Assembly (NCBI GenBank): GCA_965203355.1
Contig: OZ241889.1
Coordinates: 1,408,001 to 1,472,000 of the forward strand
Direction: 5' to 3'
Source: Candidatus Latescibacterota bacterium
Lineage (GTDB): Bacteria; Latescibacterota; UBA2968; UBA8231
DNA length: 64,000 bases
Below the pieces are notes generated by a model. It searched no databases. It had not been told where the DNA came from and saw nothing but the letters and a program-made list of their open reading frames with translations. A program made the position numbers and the translations under genes. Position 1 is the first letter of the stretch; every line of letters begins with the position of its first letter. This document shows, in pieces, positions 18,285-27,425 of this stretch.

Positions 18285-19412
18285 ATGAGCAAATACGATT
18301 TTGGCAGTGGACGCACCGATCCCGGCTCGTTTCCCACGGAGGCGTTGGCGGCGGCGGCGAGTATGGCCGTGCGCGAGTTGGGCGCGGAGCTGGTGCGCTA
18401 TCCCGGCGATCTGGGCCATCAGGGCTTGCGCGAGGTCATGGCCATGCGCGAATCCAAGCGGGAGGGCCTAGACGTGTCCGCGGACCACATTGCGCTGATG
18501 AACGGCTCCATGCAGGCGGTTACGCTGGTAGCCGAGGCGCTGATGGAAGGGCCAGGGGATGTGATCGTCACCGAGGAACTGACGTATGCTGGGACGATTG
18601 GCGCGTACAAGCGGTTGGGGGCTGAGTTGGTCGGGGTGCCGCTCGACGAGCAGGGTATGCGCGTTGATGTGCTGGCCGACGTTTTGGCCGATTTGCGCCG
18701 CAAGGGGGTCCGGCCGCGTTTTATTTATACCTTGGCGACCTACCAGAATCCCACCGGTTCGGTCATGCCGAGACAGCGCCGCCTCGAACTGCTCGAAGTA
18801 GCGCGCTACTATGATACCATTGTGGTGGAAGACAACTGCTACGGCGACGTGCATTTTGAAGGGCTGGAAGAGCCGGCCCTCTACGCGCTCGACGACAGCC
18901 CCAATGTCCTGTATATCGGCTCGCTGTCCAAAATTTTGGGTCCCGGCGTGCGGTTGGGCTATCTGTTGGCCCGGCCGCCCATGCTGGGGCGAGTCCTCGA
19001 CCGCCGCTACGACGGGGGCAATAGCTTGCTGGTGGCCGCTAGCTGCGCGGCCCTGTTCCGCGACCGGCTGTGGCAGCACGTGGCCGCAACCAACGCCATC
19101 CTCAAGGAAAAGCGCGATGCCGTTTTCGCCGGCCTTGAAGAGCATGCGGGCGATCTGTGTACGTGGTCGCGGCCCGTGGGCGGCATGTTTACCTGGATCG
19201 AGTTCCCCGAAGAGGTGGATCGCAGTCGCCTGATGGCCTTGTGTGCCGAGCGCGGCATTGTGGTGGCGCGGGGGCAGGGCTTCCACATCCGGCGCGAGGA
19301 CGTGCCAGCCATCCGCCTCGCCTTTGGCTTTGCCTCGCTGGAAGCCATCCGCGAAGGCGTGCCCCTGTTGGCCGAGTGCATCCATCAGGCGCGGACCCCC
19401 GTGATGGTCTGA
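18285..19412 (+). CDS. PLP-dependent aminotransferase class I/II (MocR/2-aminoadipate transaminase-like)
   Basis: YQNPTG, VEDNCY, GSLSKILGPGVRLGY, GGMFTW, IRLAF. Confidence 0.85.
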   Translation: MSKYDFGSGRTDPGSFPTEALAAAASMAVRELGAELVRYPGDLGHQGLREVMAMRESKREGLDVSADHIALMNGSMQAVTLVAEALMEGPGDVIVTEELTYAGTIGAYKRLGAELVGVPLDEQGMRVDVLADVLADLRRKGVRPRFIYTLATYQNPTGSVMPRQRRLELLEVARYYDTIVVEDNCYGDVHFEGLEEPALYALDDSPNVLYIGSLSKILGPGVRLGYLLARPPMLGRVLDRRYDGGNSLLVAASCAALFRDRLWQHVAATNAILKEKRDAVFAGLEEHAGDLCTWSRPVGGMFTWIEFPEEVDRSRLMALCAERGIVVARGQGFHIRREDVPAIRLAFGFASLEAIREGVPLLAECIHQARTPVMV

Positions 19413-21328
19413 TGGGCCTGCCCGCAATCGCCTTGGTGCAGATGGAGGTCAAGCCCGGGCGACCCGACCTGAATGCGGAGCGGATGCTGGCTTTTATCGC
19501 GCAGGCGCGAGAGGCCGGTGCTGAGATCGTGGTGTTTTCCGAGTTGTGCATCAGCGGCTATATCCTCGGCGACTTGTGGGAACTGGACGCTTACGTCGAG
19601 GATTTTGCCGCGTACAGCGACGATATTTGCCGGGCCAGTGCCGGGTTGACCGTAGTTTTTGGCAATGTGGCCGTGGATCCCGTTCACAAGGGAGAGGATG
19701 GGCGGCGGCGCAAGTACAATGCCGTCTATGTGTGTGCCAACGGCGAATACATGGTGCGTGCCGCCGCACCGGCCGGGCTGCCCTGCGGCGTCCACCCCAA
19801 GACCCTGCATCCCAATTACCGATTTTTTGACGACGACCGGCACTTCTTCTCGCTGCGCCATCTGGCCGCGGCCGAGGGCCGGCCGCTGGAGGACTGGCTA
19901 CATCCGTATCAGGTGCGGCTCAAGGACGGTCGGCCCTTTAGCTTTGGCGTGCAACTGTGCGAGGACATGTGGTGCGAAGACTATTGCCACCGCGGCCAGC
20001 CACTCGACACGCTCGCGCTATATCGCGGCCGTGGTGCTGAGGCCGTGTTCAACCTCTCGTCCTCGCCCTTTACTTGGCAGAAAAGCGACAAGCGCAACCG
20101 CGTGGTGCGCCAGATATTGGCGCGCTCGCCCCTGCCGTTCTTCTATGTCAACCAAGTCGGGGCGCAAAACAACGGCAAAAACATCATTGTGTTCGATGGC
20201 GACAGCACCGCGTACGTGGCCAGTGGGACCATTGCGTGCCGTGCGCGTCCGTGGCGGGAACAGCTCGTGCTCACGGGCCGCGGCGAGGTTGCACCGCTCC
20301 AAAGCGAGGTTGAAGCTCAGTACGCGGGTATCCTCACCGGGCTGCGGCACTTGGACGATGTGCGCGGCGCGGCGAGCAAGTTCCTGATTGCAACGAGCGG
20401 CGGCGTGGACTCCAGCGTGGTTTGCTGTCTGCTGGAACGCGCCTTTGGCCCGGAGCGCGTGTTTGCGGTCAACATGCCGACGCGCTTCAACGCCGCCGTT
20501 ACCCAAGACAATGCTCGCTCGCTGTGCGCCGCGCTAGGGGTCGATTACCTCTGCTGCCCAATTGAATCGCTGTACGAGGCTGTCGCCGCGCTCGTACAGG
20601 GGGCGGAATTTTCCGTGGGCCCGGGCGAGTACACTCGGTTGGTGGATGAGAACGTACAGGCGCGCATCCGCTTTGCCGATGTGCTCTCTGGCTTAGCGGC
20701 CAAGTATGGACTCGTGTTTACGTGCAATGGCAACAAGACCGAGGTCGCCTTGGGCTATGCCACGCTCTACGGGGATGTCAGCGGCGCGGTGGCCCCGATT
20801 GCCGACCTGTACAAGGTGCAAGTCTTTGCGTTGGCGCGCTTTCTCAACGAGGAAGTCTATGGTCGCGCCGTGGTGCCAGAGAACTTGCTCGATGGCTCGG
20901 TGGTGCCCAGCGCCGAGCTGTCTGAGGCCCAAGACGTGACGCAGGGCTTGGGCGACCCGATCAAATACGGATACCACGACGCCGTACTGCGGCAGTTTAT
21001 CGAATACCGGCGGCACAGCAGCGATTTGTTGCAGTGGTTTATCGAGGGCGTGTTGCTCAGGCGGTTGGCATGGGACGACGCGGAGTGCTTTCGCGCGTAC
21101 TTCCCAGATGCGCGCAGTTGGGTCGAAGATCTCGAATGGGTGGAGCGTCAGGTGCGGATCAATTACTTCAAGCGGATTCAAGCGCCGCCGATTATCGTTT
21201 TGAGCAAGCGCGCCTTTGGCTTTGATTTGCGCGAGACCCAGCAGCCCCGGTACGCGCCGCGCCGCTATGCCGAGTTAAAGGCCGCGGCCCTGAAGGTGCA
21301 AATAAATAAAATAGTGGCGCGCGGCTAG
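19412..21328 (+). CDS. nadE: Glutamine-dependent NAD+ synthetase
   Basis: Nitrilase domain (VFSELCISGY, LCEDMW) plus SGGVDS, ENVQARIR, NGNKTE, GYATLYGD, PIADLYK, PSAEL; TGATG coupling with the upstream gene. Confidence 0.95.
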   Translation: MGLPAIALVQMEVKPGRPDLNAERMLAFIAQAREAGAEIVVFSELCISGYILGDLWELDAYVEDFAAYSDDICRASAGLTVVFGNVAVDPVHKGEDGRRRKYNAVYVCANGEYMVRAAAPAGLPCGVHPKTLHPNYRFFDDDRHFFSLRHLAAAEGRPLEDWLHPYQVRLKDGRPFSFGVQLCEDMWCEDYCHRGQPLDTLALYRGRGAEAVFNLSSSPFTWQKSDKRNRVVRQILARSPLPFFYVNQVGAQNNGKNIIVFDGDSTAYVASGTIACRARPWREQLVLTGRGEVAPLQSEVEAQYAGILTGLRHLDDVRGAASKFLIATSGGVDSSVVCCLLERAFGPERVFAVNMPTRFNAAVTQDNARSLCAALGVDYLCCPIESLYEAVAALVQGAEFSVGPGEYTRLVDENVQARIRFADVLSGLAAKYGLVFTCNGNKTEVALGYATLYGDVSGAVAPIADLYKVQVFALARFLNEEVYGRAVVPENLLDGSVVPSAELSEAQDVTQGLGDPIKYGYHDAVLRQFIEYRRHSSDLLQWFIEGVLLRRLAWDDAECFRAYFPDARSWVEDLEWVERQVRINYFKRIQAPPIIVLSKRAFGFDLRETQQPRYAPRRYAELKAAALKVQINKIVARG

Positions 21329-21439
21329 TTCCCGGCCTTGGGGCTGGCCACCAACCACTATCCACCCTTTTTCTCGTAGCCTTCATCGCCGCGTCTTTAG
21401 GCGAAAGCGCAACGGCAGTTTTCAAAGGAGACTTTTTCT

Positions 21440-23047
21440 ATGGCCGATCCGGTCCTGCTCACCGACGAGCAAATGCGCGAGTTTATCGTCAATGGTTATC
21501 TGGCCTTTGAGCCGACCGTGCCCGCGGGGACGCACGAAGCGTGCTATGAGCGGCTCAACCAAATCATCGACTCCGAGCCAAACCCGGGCAACAACATCCT
21601 GCCGCGCGTACCGGCCATGCGCCACGTGCTCAACTCGCCCGAGGTGCGCGGCGCACTCATCAGCGTCTTAGGCCCGAACTATTTGGAGCATCCGCACCGC
21701 TACTGCCACCCCCTCAAGCCGGTGGAGGAATCCGTGCCGGCGGCCGAGGCCGAAGCAAGGCTGCGTCGCAACTGCCATCAGGATGGGTACACGCCGATGG
21801 GCCATCCGCGCCAGCACTATCTGCGCTATGCGCGGATCATGTACTATCCGCAGGATTCGCCGGTTGAGTTGGGGCCGACGCACGTGATTCCGGGCACGCA
21901 GTTCAATCGCGGATTGACCGACGAAGACCGGGTGCGCGCCATGCCATTGGCCGGTCGGGCCGGTACGGTGTCGCTGACGCATTTCGACGTGGGCCACGCC
22001 GCCGGCGTCAGCTTGCTGCCGCGGCATCGGCACATGATCAAGTTCATCTACATGCGGGCCTCCGAGCCGACGGCACCGACTTGGGGCTGCAAAAGCAGAC
22101 ACTGGCAGAAGCCCCAACGCATTGAGGTGCCCTACGATCTGGAACTGGCTTGGGCGCACACGTGGGACTGGCTGTGCGGCGAGCGGAATCGCTACGCTAG
22201 CTGGCCACAGGCCACAGGGGATGTGCCAGCGCTTATCGCTCAGCTCGATCCAGCGGAGGGCTTGGCGCAGCGGTTGGCGGCAGCCCAGCAGTTGGCTGGA
22301 TTTGGCGTTGATGCGGCGGCCGCTGTGCCAATACTCGTCAAGTGCTTGGGTGCGGATCACCAAGCCATGCGGACGGCCGCGACCTATGCGCTGGGTGCAA
22401 TCGGCGAGCCAGCGGTCGCGCCACTGGCCCAAGCGTTGTGCGCCGCTGGTCGCGAGGCCGACCAACACGAGGTCCCGCCCGCTTGGAACGAGGGAGCGAC
22501 TCATATGGAGGACGCGGCGCAGGCACTGGCGGCGGTTGGCGAACCTGCGGTCGAGGCGCTTTGTGCGCTGTTGGCGGACGAAAGCGAGTGGACTCGAGTC
22601 AACGCCGCCTTTGCGCTCGGCGAAATGGATTCGCACGCGGCGGCCGCCGTCCCAGCGCTGACGCGGAGCCTCGAAGATGGTTCGCATCGCTTGGTGCGCA
22701 CGGCTCTCGTCGCGCTGGGCTATATCGCGCAAGGCGTACCAGTGCAAGCCTTGGGGCGCATGCTCTCGGCCGATCACCCAGACTGGCAGGCGGAAGCCGT
22801 CCGCCGCTGGGTGCCGCGCGATCAGGTGCGGACCAACGCCGCGATAGCGTGCGCCCAGCTCGGCCAAGCCGCCGCTCCGTTAGAACCCCAACTCTTAAGG
22901 GCCCTCGATGATTCCTGCGGGCACGTAGGCGCGTTCGCGCTTCGTGCCCTGCAACAGATTGGCTCGCCTACCGCTAGGCAGGCTGTGCTGGATTACCTGT
23001 ACTCACAGCGTTGGGATGCCGCTATTGACGGGGAGCGGCAGTTTTGA
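21440..23047 (+). CDS. Phytanoyl-CoA dioxygenase-family protein fused to HEAT repeats
   Basis: HQD iron motif, YYPQD, GPTHVIPG, distal H (FDVGH), then repeated AAxALG HEAT units. Confidence 0.85.
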   Translation: MADPVLLTDEQMREFIVNGYLAFEPTVPAGTHEACYERLNQIIDSEPNPGNNILPRVPAMRHVLNSPEVRGALISVLGPNYLEHPHRYCHPLKPVEESVPAAEAEARLRRNCHQDGYTPMGHPRQHYLRYARIMYYPQDSPVELGPTHVIPGTQFNRGLTDEDRVRAMPLAGRAGTVSLTHFDVGHAAGVSLLPRHRHMIKFIYMRASEPTAPTWGCKSRHWQKPQRIEVPYDLELAWAHTWDWLCGERNRYASWPQATGDVPALIAQLDPAEGLAQRLAAAQQLAGFGVDAAAAVPILVKCLGADHQAMRTAATYALGAIGEPAVAPLAQALCAAGREADQHEVPPAWNEGATHMEDAAQALAAVGEPAVEALCALLADESEWTRVNAAFALGEMDSHAAAAVPALTRSLEDGSHRLVRTALVALGYIAQGVPVQALGRMLSADHPDWQAEAVRRWVPRDQVRTNAAIACAQLGQAAAPLEPQLLRALDDSCGHVGAFALRALQQIGSPTARQAVLDYLYSQRWDAAIDGERQF

Positions 23048-23172
23048 GGGGATTGTGGAACGACGCGGAGGCTATTGGGCTCGCCACCGCAATGAGGTCG
23101 AAAAGCCTTGACGTGGCTAGCGGGACTTCTACCTTGAAATAATAGGCCAATACCTAAACGACCTCGGACTCA

Positions 23173-23844
23173 ATGCAGATGAAAAGTGAAGGTTCCAGCC
23201 CAGCTCGTCCCTATCTGCTCCATTTTGTTACAGTCGAAATTTTTGCGAACTATCACAACCCTTTGGCCTTTACCCCGGACTTTCTCGCCGCCAAGCAAAT
23301 TGTCCCTGCTGACTGGATTATCAAGAGTGCAAGGACTTCTTTGGCAGAGTCGGTTTTGCAATATGGGAATGGCGTTCAATGGAGAATGGAGCCTGAAAGG
23401 CTCCAGATAGGTCAATACATCGGCGGTCCCTTTCAAGAGGACTATCCGATCTATAAGCCGGCTGAAGCCTATTTGTCGAACGTCTCTGTCCCATATCGAA
23501 CGCTAAGACTTTGCTACAGTGCTTCCATTAAGCAGAAAAATCCGACTTTGTGGATTGCCCAACGATTCTTGCCTTCTTGGCTGGGAGATGAATCCGAACC
23601 TAAAGTATTCGCTGCGATTCCAACGTTGTTCTTCGAGGCCGTTGATGCGCTGTGCCAAACAGAGATTCGAGTTGGAGAATACAGAGACCCAACTGGAGAA
23701 TCTAAACCTGAAGAGTTGGTTGTCGTCAACGGCACCTTTGAATATGGTGAGCCGATGGATGCCTCGACTCTTCGAGAAGCCGTCAACCATTGGCCAGAAA
23801 AGCAGATGTTCTTCATTTCCTTACTAGAGAGGCTTTTGAAATGA
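23173..23844 (+). CDS. Hypothetical protein (TIGR04255-like)
   Basis: HNPLAFTPDFL...IVPADW...YGNGV...PERLQI pattern; lower GC than flanks; family call by recollection only. Confidence 0.5.
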   Translation: MQMKSEGSSPARPYLLHFVTVEIFANYHNPLAFTPDFLAAKQIVPADWIIKSARTSLAESVLQYGNGVQWRMEPERLQIGQYIGGPFQEDYPIYKPAEAYLSNVSVPYRTLRLCYSASIKQKNPTLWIAQRFLPSWLGDESEPKVFAAIPTLFFEAVDALCQTEIRVGEYRDPTGESKPEELVVVNGTFEYGEPMDASTLREAVNHWPEKQMFFISLLERLLK

Positions 23845-24383
23845 CTGAGAACGTCAAAAAAATTCCAACTTCGATCTTTCCTCCCCAGCAGGAGGGGCCG
23901 TCCAACTTTGATACAGATTGCTCTATACGGGAACCGTTCGGCCTGCCCTTAGAGAGTGCCAATCGCCCGTCGGGCCTAAGTGTTCCTGTCTTTGTCGTAA
24001 AATTTATAAGACTCACTAACAGGCAAGCCATTGACAAAATTGTAGATGAAGCTGAAGAAAGGATATTAGCTCTTGAAGAGGATTGGGATGGGCAGGGGTC
24101 GCCGGCTTTTGAACAACAAATACTCGATGCTATTCGCAATTTCCTCTTCGAGCTGATCGACGAGTCTGAATTGAGCGTGGTAAAGCAGGTATGGATAGTT
24201 CCATTTAGCGGCGGCAGCATAGATTTACAGTGGCAGACAGAGCGTTTCGACCTTTTAATCAACTTCTGTGATGATGGTAATGTAACTTACTACGGAAAGG
24301 ACCTGTACGGGCATTCCATCCGTGGAGATAGTCGTCCTAAACCGGGGTATATCTCTTGCTGGATGAGCCATGCAAACCGGTAA
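23841..24383 (+). CDS. Hypothetical acidic protein with WDG motif (putative antitoxin/immunity)
   Basis: ILALEEDWDGQGS...PFSGGSIDLQW; ATGA overlap with the previous gene. Confidence 0.55.
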   Translation: MTENVKKIPTSIFPPQQEGPSNFDTDCSIREPFGLPLESANRPSGLSVPVFVVKFIRLTNRQAIDKIVDEAEERILALEEDWDGQGSPAFEQQILDAIRNFLFELIDESELSVVKQVWIVPFSGGSIDLQWQTERFDLLINFCDDGNVTYYGKDLYGHSIRGDSRPKPGYISCWMSHANR

Positions 24384-24774
24384 CTACGGTATAGAAGAAA
24401 TCCCCGATACAGCTCGGTTATACTATCGCGTCCATAAAAATATATACCTAGCCACAGTGAAGGCCGCAGGGATTCCCCAAGGCAAGTTGCCCGGCGGCGT
24501 GTTCAGGTTCCAAGGTGGTGACCTGTCTGTTGATTGGTCAAAGTATGCCAAACCAGAGGAAACTAAGAATCGAGCTAAGGTGCCCGGGGATAATGGTATA
24601 GTTGATTTTACGGCGTCTCCCATACGAGCTGATGGCCACAAAATAGAACATACTCCTGAGCCTGATAATCGCGCCCATAGTTCTGTATCCGGTGACGAAA
24701 CCGCAATTCGGCTCATCTTAAGTAAGGAAGCTAAATGGGTCCCCGAACTGGGGCCAGAGACCTTTGAGGGCTAG
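24370..24774 (+). CDS. Small hypothetical protein, possible ADP-ribosyltransferase/RES-like toxin
   Basis: LYYRVH...F...LSVDW...HTPEPDNRAHS arrangement resembling R-S-E clade ART cores; overlaps the upstream gene by 14 bp. Confidence 0.5.
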   Translation: MQTGNYGIEEIPDTARLYYRVHKNIYLATVKAAGIPQGKLPGGVFRFQGGDLSVDWSKYAKPEETKNRAKVPGDNGIVDFTASPIRADGHKIEHTPEPDNRAHSSVSGDETAIRLILSKEAKWVPELGPETFEG

Positions 24775-24884
24775 TATTTTGGAATGGGCATTGGTGCCCC
24801 ATGTTGGTTGCTATGCCCTATCGTAAGAAGCCCGTCTTGCCCGAGGCCAAACTATCCTTGGCGCATAGACAACGCGTACGTCGC

Positions 24885-25460
24885 TCAGGGCGTCTTGCGC
24901 ACGCCTTGGAGGAAGATGTGCATGATGGTATCGACCATCGCATCGACGCTCAGGCCCTTCGCGTGGATCATCACGGAGCGCACCATGTCGCGGAGGATAG
25001 CGGTTGCGACCTTTGGATGCTCAATGGAGAAGACGCCCTGTTCAGTGCCGTTTTGCAGGACCGTTTCGATTGCTGCGAGCTGGATTCGTCGTTCCTCGCG
25101 CCAGCGCGTGCGGTTTTTGCCCCTGCCGCGCTCACTGCCGTCTTCGTGCGACATCAAGCGAAAGAAGAAGCGGTTCTGGTTGAAGAAGGAGACGATGGCG
25201 TGGACCATCCGACGGAGTTCTTCTTCGGGGTCCTGCTGGCGATTCGCCTTGCGCTGGAGTTGCTCGTTGAGCCGGCGGATCCCTTCAAAGACTACCGCAA
25301 AGTACAGCTCTTCCTTGTCGGCAAAGTACGTGTAAATCGTCCCTTTGCCGACGCTGGCCTGCTGGGCAATGTCGTCCATGAGCACTTCGTCAAAGCGCTT
25401 GGCCGAGAAGAGGCGGGCGGCCTCCTCGAGAATGAGCTTTCTGCGATCTATTTTGGCCAT
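24885..25460 (-). CDS. TetR/AcrR family transcriptional regulator
   Basis: ILEEAARLF...MDDIAQQASVGKGTIYTYFADKEELY. Confidence 0.95.
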   Translation of the reverse strand: MAKIDRRKLILEEAARLFSAKRFDEVLMDDIAQQASVGKGTIYTYFADKEELYFAVVFEGIRRLNEQLQRKANRQQDPEEELRRMVHAIVSFFNQNRFFFRLMSHEDGSERGRGKNRTRWREERRIQLAAIETVLQNGTEQGVFSIEHPKVATAILRDMVRSVMIHAKGLSVDAMVDTIMHIFLQGVRKTP

Positions 25461-25589
25461 GGTTGTGAAATTTTACGCTGCATCCACGGCGGCGTACCCC
25501 TTGCCTCTTTTGGTCGGCCAAGCCACATCCCGCAGGAGTTAAATCGTTGCGGATCCACAGCGCGGCTCACTGGAATCCAGCCCTAGCGC

Positions 25590-26222
25590 TTATTCTGCAA
25601 GAAATACATAGCGTTCTAGCTGGGCTAATTCTTTTTTGTCGACGTATTTTGCGATTTGTTTTCTCCATTGTTCGATGCTTTTGTAGGGTCTGTATTCTGC
25701 AAACTCGTGGGCCATGCGCTGGCCGACGCCGGGGATCGTAAGAAAATCTGCTTCGCTAGCCGTGTTCAGTTCGAGCGGCACGAAAACGTACTGTTCTAGC
25801 TGGGCCAGTTCTTTTTTGTCGACGTATTTTGCGATTTGTTTTCTCCATTGTTCGATGCTTTTGTAGGGTCTGTATTCTGCAAACTCGCGGGCCATGCGCT
25901 GGCCGACGCCCGGCACCAGTTTCATCTCGGCGTCGCTGGCGGTATTGAGGTTGATCGGCAGGAAGAGATCGACATACAATTCGGCTTGGACGGAGTCCAC
26001 TAGGGTCGAGTCCAAATAGACGTCGAACGCTTCCATACCGATAAAAGGGCGCCGCTCCATGATCCCCGCGACCAACGCCGAATCGAGTTGTGTTAGGGCC
26101 AATAACTGTTCGGCGTCCGCTCGGTTGGGATTGAGGACCGCTTCGTTTTTGCCGACCTGCCCGTGGGCGTTGCTGCCGTAGAGACAGATGGTCAAAACCG
26201 CTACTGCAATGACGCGCTGCAT
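25590..26222 (-). CDS. Exported helix-hairpin-helix (ComEA-like) protein
   Basis: Signal peptide; NLNTASDAEMKLVPGVG and ELNTASEADFLTIPGVG repeats; internal 180-bp-period duplication. Confidence 0.8.
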   Translation of the reverse strand: MQRVIAVAVLTICLYGSNAHGQVGKNEAVLNPNRADAEQLLALTQLDSALVAGIMERRPFIGMEAFDVYLDSTLVDSVQAELYVDLFLPINLNTASDAEMKLVPGVGQRMAREFAEYRPYKSIEQWRKQIAKYVDKKELAQLEQYVFVPLELNTASEADFLTIPGVGQRMAHEFAEYRPYKSIEQWRKQIAKYVDKKELAQLERYVFLAE

Positions 26223-26224
26223 AC

Positions 26225-26665
26225 TTAATTCTCCTTTGTTCGCTTTGGGGTCAGGGACGGGTGTTGGTAAGTATAAAGAAGTCCGATCAGGCCTAGCTGG
26301 ACTAGCGCTCCAGGTGCCAATACTGGCATGGCTCCACCCAGCGATTTGAAAAGAAGTTCCAACCCGCTTAGCGTCGGATACATTTCCAATTCAAATTCCA
26401 TGTTGGCACTAAGATGAAACCAGAGGCCGACCATGCCGCCTAAGACGAAAGCCAGCATGGTCAAGCGGAATAGGCGCAGCACGATCGCGCCCCGGTAGCG
26501 CATCCGCATTGCCAACAAAACCAACCCGAGTGCCAACAAGGCTAGGGGCACCTGTTGACGCCACTCTGCAAAATGACCGAGCAGCCATAGTTCGGTGCCG
26601 AGTCCTACAGTGCCTAAGACAAAAATCAGCAGGATGCCTCGCCGCAGCGATTGGCTAGCGGACAT
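26225..26665 (-). CDS. Hypothetical four-helix membrane protein
   Basis: Four hydrophobic segments, ELWLLGH, GLWFH...N.EFELE, PVLAPG; 2 bp upstream of the HhH gene. Confidence 0.7.
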   Translation of the reverse strand: MSASQSLRRGILLIFVLGTVGLGTELWLLGHFAEWRQQVPLALLALGLVLLAMRMRYRGAIVLRLFRLTMLAFVLGGMVGLWFHLSANMEFELEMYPTLSGLELLFKSLGGAMPVLAPGALVQLGLIGLLYTYQHPSLTPKRTKEN

Positions 26666-26902
26666 CAATTTTTCCGCTTGCAACGTTTCGTTGCACAAAC
26701 TGGGACCTTGGGCATATCTCGCGCATGGTTGTTCGGTGATGCGGATTTTAAGTAGTGGTACATTTTGAATGAACGCTAGCACCCCAAGATCGACCGAAAA
26801 CGGACCGCGACAACTTGAGATTTCAAAACGCATCGCTACCGGATTTTACCACTGCGACTGGCTCTAAATTAGCGAATCTATTTCGATGTCGTCGATAGCC
26901 TT

Positions 26903-27421
26903 TTACACCATTTCCTCGACCAAGGCTCGGCCCGCTGGATCCAGACGCCGGTAGTCGGGAATCTCGTAGCGGTTGCCGTCGGCGTCTTGCACTAGGACCC
27001 GCCCGCCACCCAACAGGCGCACATCGCTATGCCGGTGGCTGGAATAGATTTCAAAGGCGCGGGGTCCGCGGTCGGTCTCTACCTCCCAGCGCGGCACTCG
27101 GTTGGTCACTGTAACCTTGGCGATGTGCTGGATGCGCGGAGTGAAATAGGCCCGCTCTAATTCGTTTTCCACGGCTTGGCGACTGGCCCGGTCGAGCGCG
27201 CCGAGCCGCGCTAGCGAGCCAATCTCCTGGCCTTGGCGGTCTTGGACGATGATAAAGCAATCGTCGCAACTCAGGGGAAAAGCGCGTTTGACCCGGACCC
27301 TCGAATAGGTCTGATCCCCGGCCAATTCCAAGTTCAAATCCTCGAAAGCATCGACGAAAAACCGCACTTTGTCTGGGTCGAGATAGGCGACTTCAGCGGC
27401 TAACGTATGGCACGGCTGCAT
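26903..27421 (-). CDS. DUF1854-like protein
   Basis: RAFPLS, YFTPRI, WEVETDRG, DADGNRYEIPD; follows the ABC exporter. Confidence 0.8.
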   Translation of the reverse strand: MQPCHTLAAEVAYLDPDKVRFFVDAFEDLNLELAGDQTYSRVRVKRAFPLSCDDCFIIVQDRQGQEIGSLARLGALDRASRQAVENELERAYFTPRIQHIAKVTVTNRVPRWEVETDRGPRAFEIYSSHRHSDVRLLGGGRVLVQDADGNRYEIPDYRRLDPAGRALVEEMV

Positions 27422-27425
27422 GGTG

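Noticed and set aside
19157-19411. Long N-terminal extensions in the ORF track (nadE, hsdMS from 5682, K+ channel from 41379, TPR from 47959)
   Set aside because: They overlap upstream genes or the MITE; downstream starts have RBS or coupling and match family N-termini.
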